Origin: a virus
IMG/VR virus record: IMGVR_UViG_2937877337_000001
Location: 9,026 to 73,025 of that record
Length of the DNA: 64,000 nucleotides
Strand: one strand, 5' to 3'
A model generated the notes under the pieces. The model worked only from the letters and a program-made list of their open reading frames with translations, searched no databases and was not told the origin of the DNA. The translations under genes were made by a program, and so were the position numbers. This document shows, in pieces, positions 8,711 to 17,443 of this stretch. Position 1 is the stretch's first letter. Each line of letters begins with the position of its first letter.

Positions 8711-9010
8711 CGCTGGCAAGCCCGAGCACATGGCGCAATGCTACCAGGCAGCGCGGCAGCCGGCTCGGGCAGCCATGGAAGGAATCCCGCGCGCGGCCTG
8801 AGATCACATTCCCGCGCCTCGGCAGCGATAGCGCGGCACGGGCAAAAGCTGGACGCATGGCCAAGCGCAACAATGCGCCGGTAGACATTGCCCTAGCTGG
8901 CGCCGCGCCTTGGAATGAGCGCTATATCACCACGGCAAGCCCGAGCGACTTCCACGCTTCCGGCTATCGGTTCGAACGGTTGGAATAGACCGCTTGACTC
9001 GGCAGCTAGT

Positions 9011-9033
9011 TTCACGTTTAATGTGAAAGTCAC
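9011..9033 (+). promoter_or_regulatory. dyad motif tTCACGTttaatGTGAAagtcac, 16 nt upstream of the 9050 start
   Basis: Near-identical copy at 11444-11468. Confidence 0.55.
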
Positions 9034-9049
9034 TAAACGGAGTCACGCT

Positions 9050-9277
9050 ATGCAATTCGATCCTTCATACAAGCCGCGCCGCGACGGGCTGCCCGAAATG
9101 ATCGCGGCGAAGATGGACTCCATTTTCTACGCTCGCCGCGCCGCTGGCTTGAATGTCCAGTTTGTGCGCGAAAGCGACGGGCAGCTTGACGAATGGTCGC
9201 TTGCCGATACTGAGCGGCGCGACGCGTTTACAGCTTCACTGCAGCGGCAAGGCATTGCCTTTGCCATTTCCCACTAG
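9050..9277 (+). CDS. hypothetical protein (75 aa)
   Basis: ATG at 9050 preceded by GGAG and the dyad motif. The longer ORF from 8915 is Ser/Ala-rich and upstream of the motif. Confidence 0.5.
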   Translation: MQFDPSYKPRRDGLPEMIAAKMDSIFYARRAAGLNVQFVRESDGQLDEWSLADTERRDAFTASLQRQGIAFAISH

Positions 9278-9288
9278 GAGTCGAGATC

Positions 9289-9582
9289 ATGGCCACAATT
9301 CAGGAAAAGATTAAGCTTGCGCGCGCCTTCGGCAGCCTGATTCAAGGCGAACTATCCCCGCGCCAATTCCGCGCCATGTGCGACGCAAACAAGGCCGAAC
9401 CGGAAGACTCTGGCGTATGCCACTCGCACGACTACGTCGACGCGAATATGACCATGCTTGCCGCCTTTCAAGCGACGTTCAACCGCGATCCGGCATTCCT
9501 GAGCGACTCGGAAGAAACGGCAGATTTGCAGCTTTGGAATGACGCATGGGCGATTGCCAAAGCTGCCGATTTCTTCGCCTGA
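9289..9582 (+). CDS. hypothetical protein (97 aa)
   Basis: AGGAG ribosome-binding site. Clean composition. Confidence 0.55.
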   Translation: MATIQEKIKLARAFGSLIQGELSPRQFRAMCDANKAEPEDSGVCHSHDYVDANMTMLAAFQATFNRDPAFLSDSEETADLQLWNDAWAIAKAADFFA

Positions 9583-9589
9583 ATAGACT

Positions 9590-9613
9590 TTCACCTTTAA
9601 CGGGAGATTCACC
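9590..9613 (+). promoter_or_regulatory. motif variant TTCACcTTTAACGGGAGATTCACc ending 1 nt before the ATG (the GGGAGA doubles as the ribosome-binding site)
   Basis: Same 24-mer again at about 9856-9880, about 12782-12805 and about 28605-28628. Related copy at 26113-26136. Confidence 0.55.
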
Positions 9614-9614
9614 A

Positions 9615-9866
9615 ATGCTTGCCAAATTGCTTGCAACCGCTTGCGCCACGGGCATTAGCGCCTTTGCGCTTGTGTATCGCATTCCAGCCCTGCCCGAGAC
9701 GGCGCCACGGTTCGAAGTTCGAGTCGTCACCTATGACGGGCAGCTATTCATTGCCGGAAGCGGCGACGATTGCCGCGCGGCATGGCAAGGCGCCGAAGTG
9801 CCGAAGGGCTGGCAGTCAATCGAATGTGTCGACGCAAATGCGCCGCGCTTCGCCTTTCACTTTTAA
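9615..9866 (+). CDS. small exported protein (83 aa) with N-terminal signal or lipoprotein-like segment
   Basis: MLAKLLATACATGISAFALV signal-like N-terminus. Motif plus ribosome-binding site directly upstream. Confidence 0.5.
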   Translation: MLAKLLATACATGISAFALVYRIPALPETAPRFEVRVVTYDGQLFIAGSGDDCRAAWQGAEVPKGWQSIECVDANAPRFAFHF

Positions 9867-9882
9867 CGGGAGATTCACGACG

Positions 9883-10095
9883 ATGGATCACAAACACGCC
9901 ATTTCCCTTGTCACGCTGGCGCGCCACGCATGGCAGAACGGTTTCCCTATCACTGCCGACGTTTACATGCGGCAGGCGCTGGCTTGCCTCAATAGGACGC
10001 GCGACACGCGGCACAAGGCAGCGCTTTTCACCATTCGCAACAAAATGCGGCCGCGCGTCCAGGCTGCCCGCAATCCGTCGCCAATTGGAGCTTGA
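9883..10095 (+). CDS. hypothetical protein (70 aa)
   Basis: ATG at 9883 immediately after the motif copy at 9856-9880. Confidence 0.5.
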   Translation: MDHKHAISLVTLARHAWQNGFPITADVYMRQALACLNRTRDTRHKAALFTIRNKMRPRVQAARNPSPIGA

Positions 10096-10098
10096 ACC

Positions 10099-10422
10099 GT
10101 GTCCAAATATTTCCATGTCTCGCAAGGCTTGCGCGGTTGCTACATGCCCGACTCGGCCTATTGCATCAAAGTCGACACGCGGCGCGACCTGAAAAACGCG
10201 TTGGAATGGGAAGCGCGCGACATTCGCGACGCTGGATTCATTGGCTGCAGCAAAGCGGCCGTTGCAAGCCTTGCGGCTGCCGCATGGCGAGAAGCTCACA
10301 AGCGCAAGCCGTCGCTTTATCCGCACGTGGCGCCCTACGGCAGCCGCGACAATCGACATTCGGCGATTCATGTGTCGGTTGCGACGCGTGCCGAGTATCT
10401 GGAATCGCTTGACGACGAATAA
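10099..10422 (+). CDS. hypothetical protein (107 aa)
   Basis: GTG start with GGAG 8 nt upstream. Confidence 0.5.
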   Translation: MSKYFHVSQGLRGCYMPDSAYCIKVDTRRDLKNALEWEARDIRDAGFIGCSKAAVASLAAAAWREAHKRKPSLYPHVAPYGSRDNRHSAIHVSVATRAEYLESLDDE

Positions 10423-10465
10423 GCCGGCCGCGCTTTCCCCTTCACAATTTCAAGGAGTCAAGATC

Positions 10466-11431
10466 ATGAATGACCTGCTTTTGAACGCGTATCGCTTCCA
10501 CCGCTTTGAAGCTGTTGGAAACGTCTATCCTGCCCGCAAGGGATATCGCCGACACAATCCCGCGAATGAGGCGCTAAAGGCTGCCCGTCGCGACGTTGCG
10601 GCCTATGCCGAGGCGCTTGCAGCCGGCGACACGAAAACCGCAAGCCGGTTCCGGCGATATCCGCGCGACCATTACGCGGCCGTGACATGGCAGAAGCGCG
10701 ACACTGAGTCCCCTTCCTATGCCAAACGTGCCGAGTGCATTGCATTCGTCCAGGATTTCAGCGGCGCCGGCTTGCGCCATGTTGGCAACGTGGAAGCCGA
10801 TACACCGCGCGGCAAGATTTGGAGCAACCGCGACTCCTGCGGCTGGTATAGCGACTATGACCAATCGGAAACGATTTATGGAGTCGTCTATCAGCTACCA
10901 GGCCGCGACGGCAAAGCGCGGTTTGTGGCAGGCTATGCCAGCGCGGGAGATTGCGACGGGCTGCCGACTCTCGACTTCGGCGCAGTCTATTCCGAAGATA
11001 TGCGCGGCGATCGATACAATGAAAGCGCGCAAGATTTGGACGCTGCCCGCGACGCTGCCCGAGCGGCCGATTCCATGGCGCAAAGCGCGGCCGAAGATGA
11101 ACGGGCATATAAAGCCGCTTGGCAGGCTGGCAGTCAGTTTGCCGAGCGTGCCGAGACCATTGCAGCCAATCGCAAAGCCGCGCTTGAATTGCTTGCCGAG
11201 CGGCGCCGCGCTGCCACGGCAGGCAAAGGCGAGGCATTCCAGGCGATTTGCGGCGCGATCCGCGACAAGGTGGACTCGTTGCTTGCCGAGATCGCAGAAG
11301 CCCGAGCCGAGCGCAAAAAGCTAAAGGCCGGCGACTATATCAGCGAATGGCTGCCCGGCTTCTATAGCGGCGACAAGCGGTTAAAATCGGCTTTTAATGA
11401 AGGCGCCGGCAAAACCATTTTCCCCTGTTGA
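10466..11431 (+). CDS. hypothetical protein (321 aa)
   Basis: ATG at 10466 with AAGGAG ribosome-binding site. The longer ORF from 10241 overlaps the upstream gene. Confidence 0.6.
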   Translation: MNDLLLNAYRFHRFEAVGNVYPARKGYRRHNPANEALKAARRDVAAYAEALAAGDTKTASRFRRYPRDHYAAVTWQKRDTESPSYAKRAECIAFVQDFSGAGLRHVGNVEADTPRGKIWSNRDSCGWYSDYDQSETIYGVVYQLPGRDGKARFVAGYASAGDCDGLPTLDFGAVYSEDMRGDRYNESAQDLDAARDAARAADSMAQSAAEDERAYKAAWQAGSQFAERAETIAANRKAALELLAERRRAATAGKGEAFQAICGAIRDKVDSLLAEIAEARAERKKLKAGDYISEWLPGFYSGDKRLKSAFNEGAGKTIFPC

Positions 11432-11443
11432 CTCGCAACGTGA

Positions 11444-11468
11444 TTTCACGTTTAATGTGAAAGTCACG
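11444..11468 (+). promoter_or_regulatory. dyad motif tTTCACGTttaatGTGAAagtcacg
   Basis: Duplicate of the 9011 copy. Followed by GGAG and ATG at 11486. Confidence 0.55.
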
Positions 11469-11485
11469 AAACGGAGTTAGACCCA

Positions 11486-11623
11486 ATGGCACGCAAATCA
11501 AGCCTTCGCCGCAATCGCCAGCGTCGCGCCACAACCGCGCTAAACGTTGCAATCGCTTTCGCCTATGTCTCGGCAGCGATGGTTGTTGCGACGTGCTTGA
11601 TTGCCTTCGGTTCTACACTCTAA
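11486..11623 (+). CDS. small membrane protein (45 aa), not in the supplied ORF track
   Basis: MARKSSLRRNRQRRATTALNVAIAFAYVSAAMVVATCLIAFGSTL. Motif plus GGAG upstream. One predicted TM helix. Confidence 0.35.
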   Translation: MARKSSLRRNRQRRATTALNVAIAFAYVSAAMVVATCLIAFGSTL

Positions 11624-11624
11624 C

Positions 11625-11643
11625 TTTCACGATTAACGTGCAT
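11625..11643 (+). promoter_or_regulatory. motif copy TTCACGaTTAACGTGc
   Basis: Followed by AAAGGAG and ATG at 11665. Confidence 0.5.
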
Positions 11644-11664
11644 ATCAACAAAAGGAGTCATGCC

Positions 11665-11781
11665 ATGAAATATGAATCGCCCTATCGCCGCGACACTTTC
11701 GCAAATCGCACTGAAGGCCGAATCCGTCGCGACACGCGGCGCAACGCAATTGCCGCAAAGCGGCACTGGCTCGAGTCCTAG
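11665..11781 (+). CDS. small basic protein (38 aa)
   Basis: MKYESPYRRDTFANRTEGRIRRDTRRNAIAAKRHWLES. Strong ribosome-binding site plus motif upstream. Confidence 0.35.
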   Translation: MKYESPYRRDTFANRTEGRIRRDTRRNAIAAKRHWLES

Positions 11782-11832
11782 TCGGCCGCGCCTTCCATCC
11801 TTCCAAACCGTCAAACTCAGGGAATCCAAACC

Positions 11833-12756
11833 ATGTCGACCATTGTTAGAAACGAATTCGCCGGGCAGGTCTTTGGCGTTGACGGCCGCTTTCACAACGT
11901 CGTTTTGTGGGGCGATGCTGCCACGTTCGCTAATCAGCATTTCACCACGGAAGCGCGGCCGGTCTCGGGATATGGCAAAGGCGCGACCATCCGGGCAGAA
12001 TTGCGCTTCGATGATAACCCGCGCAACGGCCATAACACCTTTGCCATTACCGGCGAAGTGCGAGACCCTAGCGTTAGGCAGGATCGCGGAATCGTCGCTT
12101 GCGGTTGCTTGCACGACGAAATTGCAAAGGCTTTTCCTGAGCTTGCGCCGCTCATCCGCTGGCATTTGACGTCGACAGATGGTCCGATGCATTACGCGGC
12201 CAATGCCGTCTTTTTGGCAGGCAATCGCGACTATTGGGGAAAGCTTGCTGGCGAAGTCTCGGCGACGGAAACCGTTGTGCGCTTCGGCGATAATCCGATT
12301 TCCCATAGGCTGAAAAAGCCGTTTCTGGCCTTCCTGCAATCGGCGGCCGAAATCAATGGTCAAGGCCGGTTCGACTTCGAAGTTATCGCGGTTGCGCACG
12401 AAACCAGGCGCGGCGAGTCCTACAATTTCAAGCCGAAATACACCTTCGGAGGCTATGGCGTTGACTGGTATGGCTGCCCGTTCGACTCGGAGCGTGAGGC
12501 GCTGGAATTCCTAGGCGCTTTGCAGCGCTGCAATCCCCATTTTGACACGGTTGCGACTGCATGGGGCGAAGGCAAGGCGCGCGACCTGGACGCGGCGCGG
12601 CGTGCCGCCATTTGGCCGGAAGCAAGCGACGCGGAATTGAGCGTTGAACCGGAAGCACTGAAGGCAGCGCTTGCCGCTCGGCTGCCTGCTTTGATTGCCG
12701 AGTTTCGCCGCGACATGGAAACGGCCGGTTTCCTATGGCAGGCGCCAAACGCTTAA
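11833..12756 (+). CDS. hypothetical protein (307 aa)
   Basis: Long unbiased ORF. No family recognised. Confidence 0.6.
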   Translation: MSTIVRNEFAGQVFGVDGRFHNVVLWGDAATFANQHFTTEARPVSGYGKGATIRAELRFDDNPRNGHNTFAITGEVRDPSVRQDRGIVACGCLHDEIAKAFPELAPLIRWHLTSTDGPMHYAANAVFLAGNRDYWGKLAGEVSATETVVRFGDNPISHRLKKPFLAFLQSAAEINGQGRFDFEVIAVAHETRRGESYNFKPKYTFGGYGVDWYGCPFDSEREALEFLGALQRCNPHFDTVATAWGEGKARDLDAARRAAIWPEASDAELSVEPEALKAALAARLPALIAEFRRDMETAGFLWQAPNA

Positions 12757-12804
12757 CCGTTTTTCGGTTAATCCACCTTTCACCTTTAACGGGAGATTCA
12801 CGCT

Positions 12805-13407
12805 ATGCCCGAATTCATTTTGGACTCATCCGGCCGCGTTGACATGCCGCCACCTGCCGCGCCGCTCAGCTTTTCGGACCTGGACGCTTTCACGCAAGGC
12901 TATATCGAAGCGATTTTCTTTACCAATGAATGCCCGCAAGTCGACACGGAAGAATTCAACACGGCCGAGCATCAAGCCGCCATGGTGGAAGGCGCGGCCG
13001 ATGGAGTCTTGCCGTGCGATGTCGGTTTCGCCGATTTGGCGCCCGAGACCTTGCAAGCGATCATTGCCGATTGCAGCGCCTGGCAGGTCGCAAACGCGGA
13101 ATTGCTGGCGGCAGCCTATGCCCGCAACTATGAACCCGAGCAAGCCGGCCGCGACTATTGGTACACGCGAAACGGCCATGGAGTCGGCTTTTGGGATAGG
13201 TCCGAATTGGAACCGGACTCGGCCGAATATGAAGCGCTTACGGCCGAGATGGTCGAAAACCGCGATATCGCGGCAGCATGGCAAGCTGCCTATGACAAGC
13301 GCTCAGTTTTGAATGAGGAGTCGCTAGGCGAAAAGCTCAGCAAAGCCTGCCGCTATCGCACGGTTGACGTGTATTTCGGCGACGATGGAAAGGTGCATTT
13401 GTCATGA
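12805..13407 (+). CDS. highly acidic hypothetical protein (200 aa), DNA-mimic / anti-restriction candidate
   Basis: Very D/E-rich with aromatic patches. Motif copy directly upstream. Confidence 0.55.
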   Translation: MPEFILDSSGRVDMPPPAAPLSFSDLDAFTQGYIEAIFFTNECPQVDTEEFNTAEHQAAMVEGAADGVLPCDVGFADLAPETLQAIIADCSAWQVANAELLAAAYARNYEPEQAGRDYWYTRNGHGVGFWDRSELEPDSAEYEALTAEMVENRDIAAAWQAAYDKRSVLNEESLGEKLSKACRYRTVDVYFGDDGKVHLS

Positions 13408-13952
13408 CCTGGCACACATTCAACCGCGCGGACCTGGAGGCGTTCAAAGCGACCTGGCCTTGCCACGGGCTGCCCGACTCGCTCAATTCGCTTTCGTTCG
13501 AATTCGGCAGCAATGGCGATTTGGTCGACATCGAAGCCAAAGCCCGCAACGGGCGCCCGCTCGACTCGGCAGCCTTTGACGGACCTGCCATAGTCGCGCT
13601 TGCCGACGACGCCAAAAAGCTGGCAGCCGAGCCCGTGACTCCCGTGCTCTTTCGCGTTCATCGTGCGCCTAAGACCCATGGCGACGACGTGACGGCCGTT
13701 TTCCCTGCCGAGCCACACGACGCGGCCGGCCGCTATATGACCTGCTTTGACGGCAGCCACGGCGCTTGCGGCTGGGATTGGTACCGCCGCACGCGGCCGG
13801 CGACTCCCGCCGAATATGCCAGCTTGAAAGCTGAACTTGAAGCCGAGCCATATAACTATCGGCTGCAGGTTTTCCAGCGGATTCAGCCCGCGCACCGCGA
13901 CACACTCCGCGCGGAAGTTCAGCGGCTGAATTCCAGGGAGTCCGTGTCATGA
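13404..13952 (+). CDS. hypothetical protein (182 aa)
   Basis: ATGA-coupled to the upstream gene. Confidence 0.55.
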   Translation: MTWHTFNRADLEAFKATWPCHGLPDSLNSLSFEFGSNGDLVDIEAKARNGRPLDSAAFDGPAIVALADDAKKLAAEPVTPVLFRVHRAPKTHGDDVTAVFPAEPHDAAGRYMTCFDGSHGACGWDWYRRTRPATPAEYASLKAELEAEPYNYRLQVFQRIQPAHRDTLRAEVQRLNSRESVS

Positions 13953-14182
13953 CGGCGCTGCCATGGGATGACTTGAAAGTTTGTTTTGCGTGCGGCGACA
14001 ATACAGAACGCCTTTGGAACGCGATGGATAGCGGGCGATTGACGCTGCCAACGGGCTGGCAATTGAACGAAACCAGTATTTCTGGAGCATCTGGCTATGT
14101 CGCAATTTTCCGCGTCGACGTGCTGCCAGTTCCGGCCGATGCTTACAGGGTCAAAGCCGAATTGAGGCGCTGGACAAGATGA
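13949..14182 (+). CDS. hypothetical protein (77 aa)
   Basis: ATGA-coupled on both sides. Confidence 0.45.
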   Translation: MTALPWDDLKVCFACGDNTERLWNAMDSGRLTLPTGWQLNETSISGASGYVAIFRVDVLPVPADAYRVKAELRRWTR

Positions 14183-15333
14183 CGGCGCTGCAAATCGGCC
14201 ATGGCGTCGCTATCCCCTGGCGCTACCTGTCACGGCATATCGGCATTTTTGGCGCTACAGGAACGGGCAAGTCGACGACGCTAGGCGCCATTGCCGAGCG
14301 TTCGCCTTGCCCGGTTTTGGTTCTGGACGCGAAAGGCGATTTGGCGTCGCTCGGGCAGCATCTCTTGCGGCCGGCAATGCGCGTCGACGCCATGGGCGCC
14401 GATTTGATCGCACGCGCGCTAGACCTGAGTGAAGCGCAAGCCGGCGCCCTTCAAATCGCGCTTGCATGGGCGGAAGATTCCGGCCGCGCCGTTGCCACAC
14501 TGGCAGACTTGCGCGACCTGTTGAATGACGCCACGCGGCACGATTTAAGCCGCGACTATGGGCTGTTATCTCCCGTTTCCGTGGCTGCCGTCCAACGTGC
14601 TCTATTGCGCTTGGAACGCGGCGCCGCATGGGTCTTTCAAGACTCGCGCCATGATCCGCGCGACACGCAAGGAATCACGGTTTACGCGGCAGCCGAGTTG
14701 ACGGCGCTACCAGGTCTTTATGGCGCCTTTGTCGCTCATACGCTGGAACGGCTTTATTCCGGTCTCGGCGAAGTCGGCGACACGGCAGCGCCTGGACTCA
14801 TGGTCCTAATCGATGAGGCGCATTTGATCTTTGACGGCGCCACGGCTGCAATCGTGCGACGGATCGAACAAATCACGCGACTCATTCGATCGAAGGGAGT
14901 CGGGCTTATCTATGTCACGCAATCCCCTTCTGACTTGCCGCACATTGTCGCCGGGCAGCTTGCCACGCGGATTCAGCACGCGTTGCGCGCTTCCACGCCG
15001 CAGCATCACAAGGCGCTAAAGGCGGCTGCCGAGACCATGCCGGGCAGTATCAACGCGGCAAGCATTCTCGGGCTTGCTACCGGGCAGGCAATGGTTAGCA
15101 CGCCAGACAAGGCCGGCAAGCCGCTACCAGGTCGAGTCGTCGCAATCCAGCGCGGCCGGCTGCCATTGCACGCGGTTGATTTGCCGCCTGCCAGCGTGCC
15201 ACGGCAGCGCCTGAGACCTGGCGAGCCGAGCCGAGCGGCGCCGGCCGCGACACGTCCTAAACCGTGGTGGCATTGGCCGCTAATCCTGGCGGCCGTCCTA
15301 TGGGGACTCGTGGCGCTAGGTCTTGTGAAGTGA
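14179..15333 (+). CDS. HerA/FtsK-like (DUF87-type) P-loop ATPase with C-terminal transmembrane helix
   Basis: Walker A GIFGATGTGKSTTL. Walker B MVLIDEAHLIF. C-terminal WWHWPLILAAVLWGLVALGLVK. Confidence 0.6.
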   Translation: MTALQIGHGVAIPWRYLSRHIGIFGATGTGKSTTLGAIAERSPCPVLVLDAKGDLASLGQHLLRPAMRVDAMGADLIARALDLSEAQAGALQIALAWAEDSGRAVATLADLRDLLNDATRHDLSRDYGLLSPVSVAAVQRALLRLERGAAWVFQDSRHDPRDTQGITVYAAAELTALPGLYGAFVAHTLERLYSGLGEVGDTAAPGLMVLIDEAHLIFDGATAAIVRRIEQITRLIRSKGVGLIYVTQSPSDLPHIVAGQLATRIQHALRASTPQHHKALKAAAETMPGSINAASILGLATGQAMVSTPDKAGKPLPGRVVAIQRGRLPLHAVDLPPASVPRQRLRPGEPSRAAPAATRPKPWWHWPLILAAVLWGLVALGLVK

Positions 15334-15337
15334 ATTG

Positions 15338-15367
15338 AAGCCCGGTTGCAAGCCGGGCTTTTTCTTT
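15338..15367. terminator. bidirectional rho-independent terminator
   Basis: aagcccggttgcaagccgggcttttt hairpin between the convergent genes 14179..15333 (+) and 15377..15697 (-). Confidence 0.55.
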
Positions 15368-15376
15368 TGGCCGCGC

Positions 15377-15697
15377 CTAGCCTCTAATGCATTCGTGTTT
15401 GATGGAGTCCGCGAAATTGCGGGCTGCCAGCGCCTTTGCGTCGCCGCTTGCCGCTATCGGCTCGGCATAGGCGCGGGATACGATTTCCAGCCCGTCGCCG
15501 CTTGCCTGGCGCATGGCGGCCGACTCTTCGGTTCCTATCTGCCGTAGCGCCATTGCAGCGCCTGCCGCTTCGGCAAGCCGGTTGCACCTGGCAAAGTCGA
15601 TTTGCGCCACGGGCGCCGGCCGTTCTGGAATCTTGACCATGGCATTGGCAGCCGCGACGGCCGCGCCTATCGCCACGAGTCCCCATAGCTTGCGCAT
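15377..15697 (-). CDS. small secreted protein (106 aa), antisense moron
   Basis: Trimmed to MRKLWGLVAIGAAVAAANA (signal peptide). Opposite strand to the surrounding operon. Confidence 0.5.
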   Translation of the reverse strand: MRKLWGLVAIGAAVAAANAMVKIPERPAPVAQIDFARCNRLAEAAGAAMALRQIGTEESAAMRQASGDGLEIVSRAYAEPIAASGDAKALAARNFADSIKHECIRG

Positions 15698-15879
15698 TGC
15701 GATTTCCTCCCCTGCCCGGTCTCGATCCCGCTTCAGTATCACGGCTGCCCGGCGCCCGTCGATAGCGTAATATTATAACATATCAGAGGCGCTGCCGGCG
15801 ACCTGGCGCGCGCTCGACCTGCGAGATTGAACGGCGCTCGATGCCGCCTTGGCGGCGGGGACCAGGTGGCAGGGTCGGC

Positions 15880-15960
15880 GGCCCCGGAGAAATAGACCCC
15901 GGAGAAATAGACCCAGGTCGCCCCGGAGAAAATCACACGGCGACCCCTCAGAGAAAATCA
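15880..15960. repeat. direct repeats CCCCGGAGAAATAGAC x2 plus 2 degenerate copies; related copies again at 16262-16320
   Basis: Read directly. They flank the antisense gene 15958..16206. Confidence 0.6.
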
Positions 15961-16206
15961 TTTCGACCGCGCCAGGATCGGAACCGTTTTGGACTCCAAA
16001 TCGTAGCTGCCGGTCTTTGCCGACTCGACGCGTCGAGCCCCTTCACGCAGAAGCACATTGGAATTGGTGCGTTGCGTCAGCGCGGCCTCGAACGCTGCTT
16101 TGGCCACGGCGAAATTGTTCATCTCGCCAATGCGCTCGACGGTTGCCCCCTCCCCGTCGACACATTCGATCTGATAGCTGTAATCGTAGACACGTCGTGG
16201 TCCCAT
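15958..16206 (-). CDS. hypothetical protein (82 aa), antisense moron flanked by GGAGAAATAG repeats
   Basis: Clean composition, opposite strand. Confidence 0.45.
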   Translation of the reverse strand: MGPRRVYDYSYQIECVDGEGATVERIGEMNNFAVAKAAFEAALTQRTNSNVLLREGARRVESAKTGSYDLESKTVPILARSK

Positions 16207-16320
16207 GGCGATGCTCCTTTAGGGTATCGCCGCAACGAGTTCGAGCAAAGCATGTTCCACTTTCGTTCTCAAGATGGCGTCGGAGAAATAGGGGCTCCGA
16301 GGAAAATCAGACGGGTGTCA

Positions 16321-16365
16321 TTTTTCACTTGACGGGTTAGAGATATTCACGTTAAAAGTGAAATT
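16321..16365 (+). promoter_or_regulatory. motif pair ttttCACTTgacggg... aTTCACGTtaaaaGTGAAat
   Basis: Followed by GGGAGA and GTG at 16384. Confidence 0.5.
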
Positions 16366-16383
16366 AGCACAGGGAGACAGATC

Positions 16384-16563
16384 GTGACCTACAGCCCAAC
16401 CGCCGAGAAACTGATGCTCGCCAAGCGCCTCCTGATGGATGCGTACAAGATTGGCTATGCCGAAGGTTTGCCTGAGACGATGCTGCGCCAGATCGACGCC
16501 CTCGCAGGCAAGGCCGAGGGTCTTCAAAACCGTATCGAGCAGAGGGGGCCTACGCGGAAATGA
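16384..16563 (+). CDS. hypothetical protein (59 aa), not in ORF track
   Basis: GTG start after GGGAGACAGATC. Ends with ATGA overlap into 16560. Confidence 0.4.
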   Translation: MTYSPTAEKLMLAKRLLMDAYKIGYAEGLPETMLRQIDALAGKAEGLQNRIEQRGPTRK

Positions 16564-16988
16564 GCGCCGAAGAACGCATCCGGCAGCAGATTGCCGCGCA
16601 GGTCGAGACGGACATGTATAGAGCCATTTATGGCGTCGCGACGACATCGACGGTGACAGCAGAGGAAAAGCCGTTTCAGGTCGGCAAGATGCTAGCCTTG
16701 TGGGAAAACATCATCCGCGAGACGCGGCGAACTCAGGTGACATTTCGCGTCGATCTGGCTCACCCAGGTTCGATGTTGAAGTACGAGACGACCGACGAAG
16801 GCACCGTGATCGAGATGTCGTTCGTGCAGGCGCAGCAGCTTCATCAGAAATGGCCAATGCGGCTGCACAAGATACTGGACACGAACAGCGCTGAGTTCAC
16901 GCCGGTAACGCCGTTCGACGTTTTCGTGCCGACAATCCTGCCGATGCCTCCATTTGTCATGCAGCAAGAGACGGAGACCGAGTCATGA
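16560..16988 (+). CDS. hypothetical protein (142 aa)
   Basis: Translationally coupled. Confidence 0.55.
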   Translation: MSAEERIRQQIAAQVETDMYRAIYGVATTSTVTAEEKPFQVGKMLALWENIIRETRRTQVTFRVDLAHPGSMLKYETTDEGTVIEMSFVQAQQLHQKWPMRLHKILDTNSAEFTPVTPFDVFVPTILPMPPFVMQQETETES

Positions 16989-17443
16989 GCGATAACGCCC
17001 TACCCGATTGGGTGAAGCCCGGCGCCGTCTACAGGGTCGGCGACCGCAAATATCATGTGCGCGGAATCGTCGATGGCATGGCCGTCGTCCGTTACTGGCG
17101 GCGTGCCAAGCAGCGGTGGGAATACAGCGTGGAAGACGACACTTATTTCGCGGTCTATGGCGACCGCGTGGTTGTCGAGAAGGCTGTCGATGTCGTCCTC
17201 GATCCGGCGCCGGGCACAGTCATGCACACGCCCTTCGCCACTGCTGAGCGACTGAAGGTCGGCGACCAGGTGAGCCTTAACGCCGATGGCAAGTTGCAGA
17301 AGGCGGTGCCCGGTCAGCATCATCTCGGCGTCCTGCCGCCCGGCACGATCTTCGGCGAAGGATTCGTCCAGGTGCCGGAAGATTGGTTCAGGTTAAACGC
17401 GAGCACGGAAGTGCTGCACAACATCAAGGTCGCGATCCTATGA
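16985..17443 (+). CDS. hypothetical protein (152 aa)
   Basis: ATGA-coupled. Confidence 0.55.
   Translation: MSDNALPDWVKPGAVYRVGDRKYHVRGIVDGMAVVRYWRRAKQRWEYSVEDDTYFAVYGDRVVVEKAVDVVLDPAPGTVMHTPFATAERLKVGDQVSLNADGKLQKAVPGQHHLGVLPPGTIFGEGFVQVPEDWFRLNASTEVLHNIKVAIL

Noticed and set aside
8439-8801. ORFs 8439..8801(+), 8444..8731(-), 8526..8888(-), 8570..8884(+), 8203..8457(-) in the region downstream of the primase
   Set aside because: They span the 17-bp tandem repeats and iteron region. They are Arg/Ala/Pro/Ser-rich in several overlapping frames, which is more consistent with non-coding origin-like DNA.
10574-11324. ORFs 10574..10864(-), 10719..11324(+), 10758..11237(-) inside gene 10466..11431
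   Set aside because: Alternative-frame or antisense ORFs with biased composition inside a longer coherent ORF.
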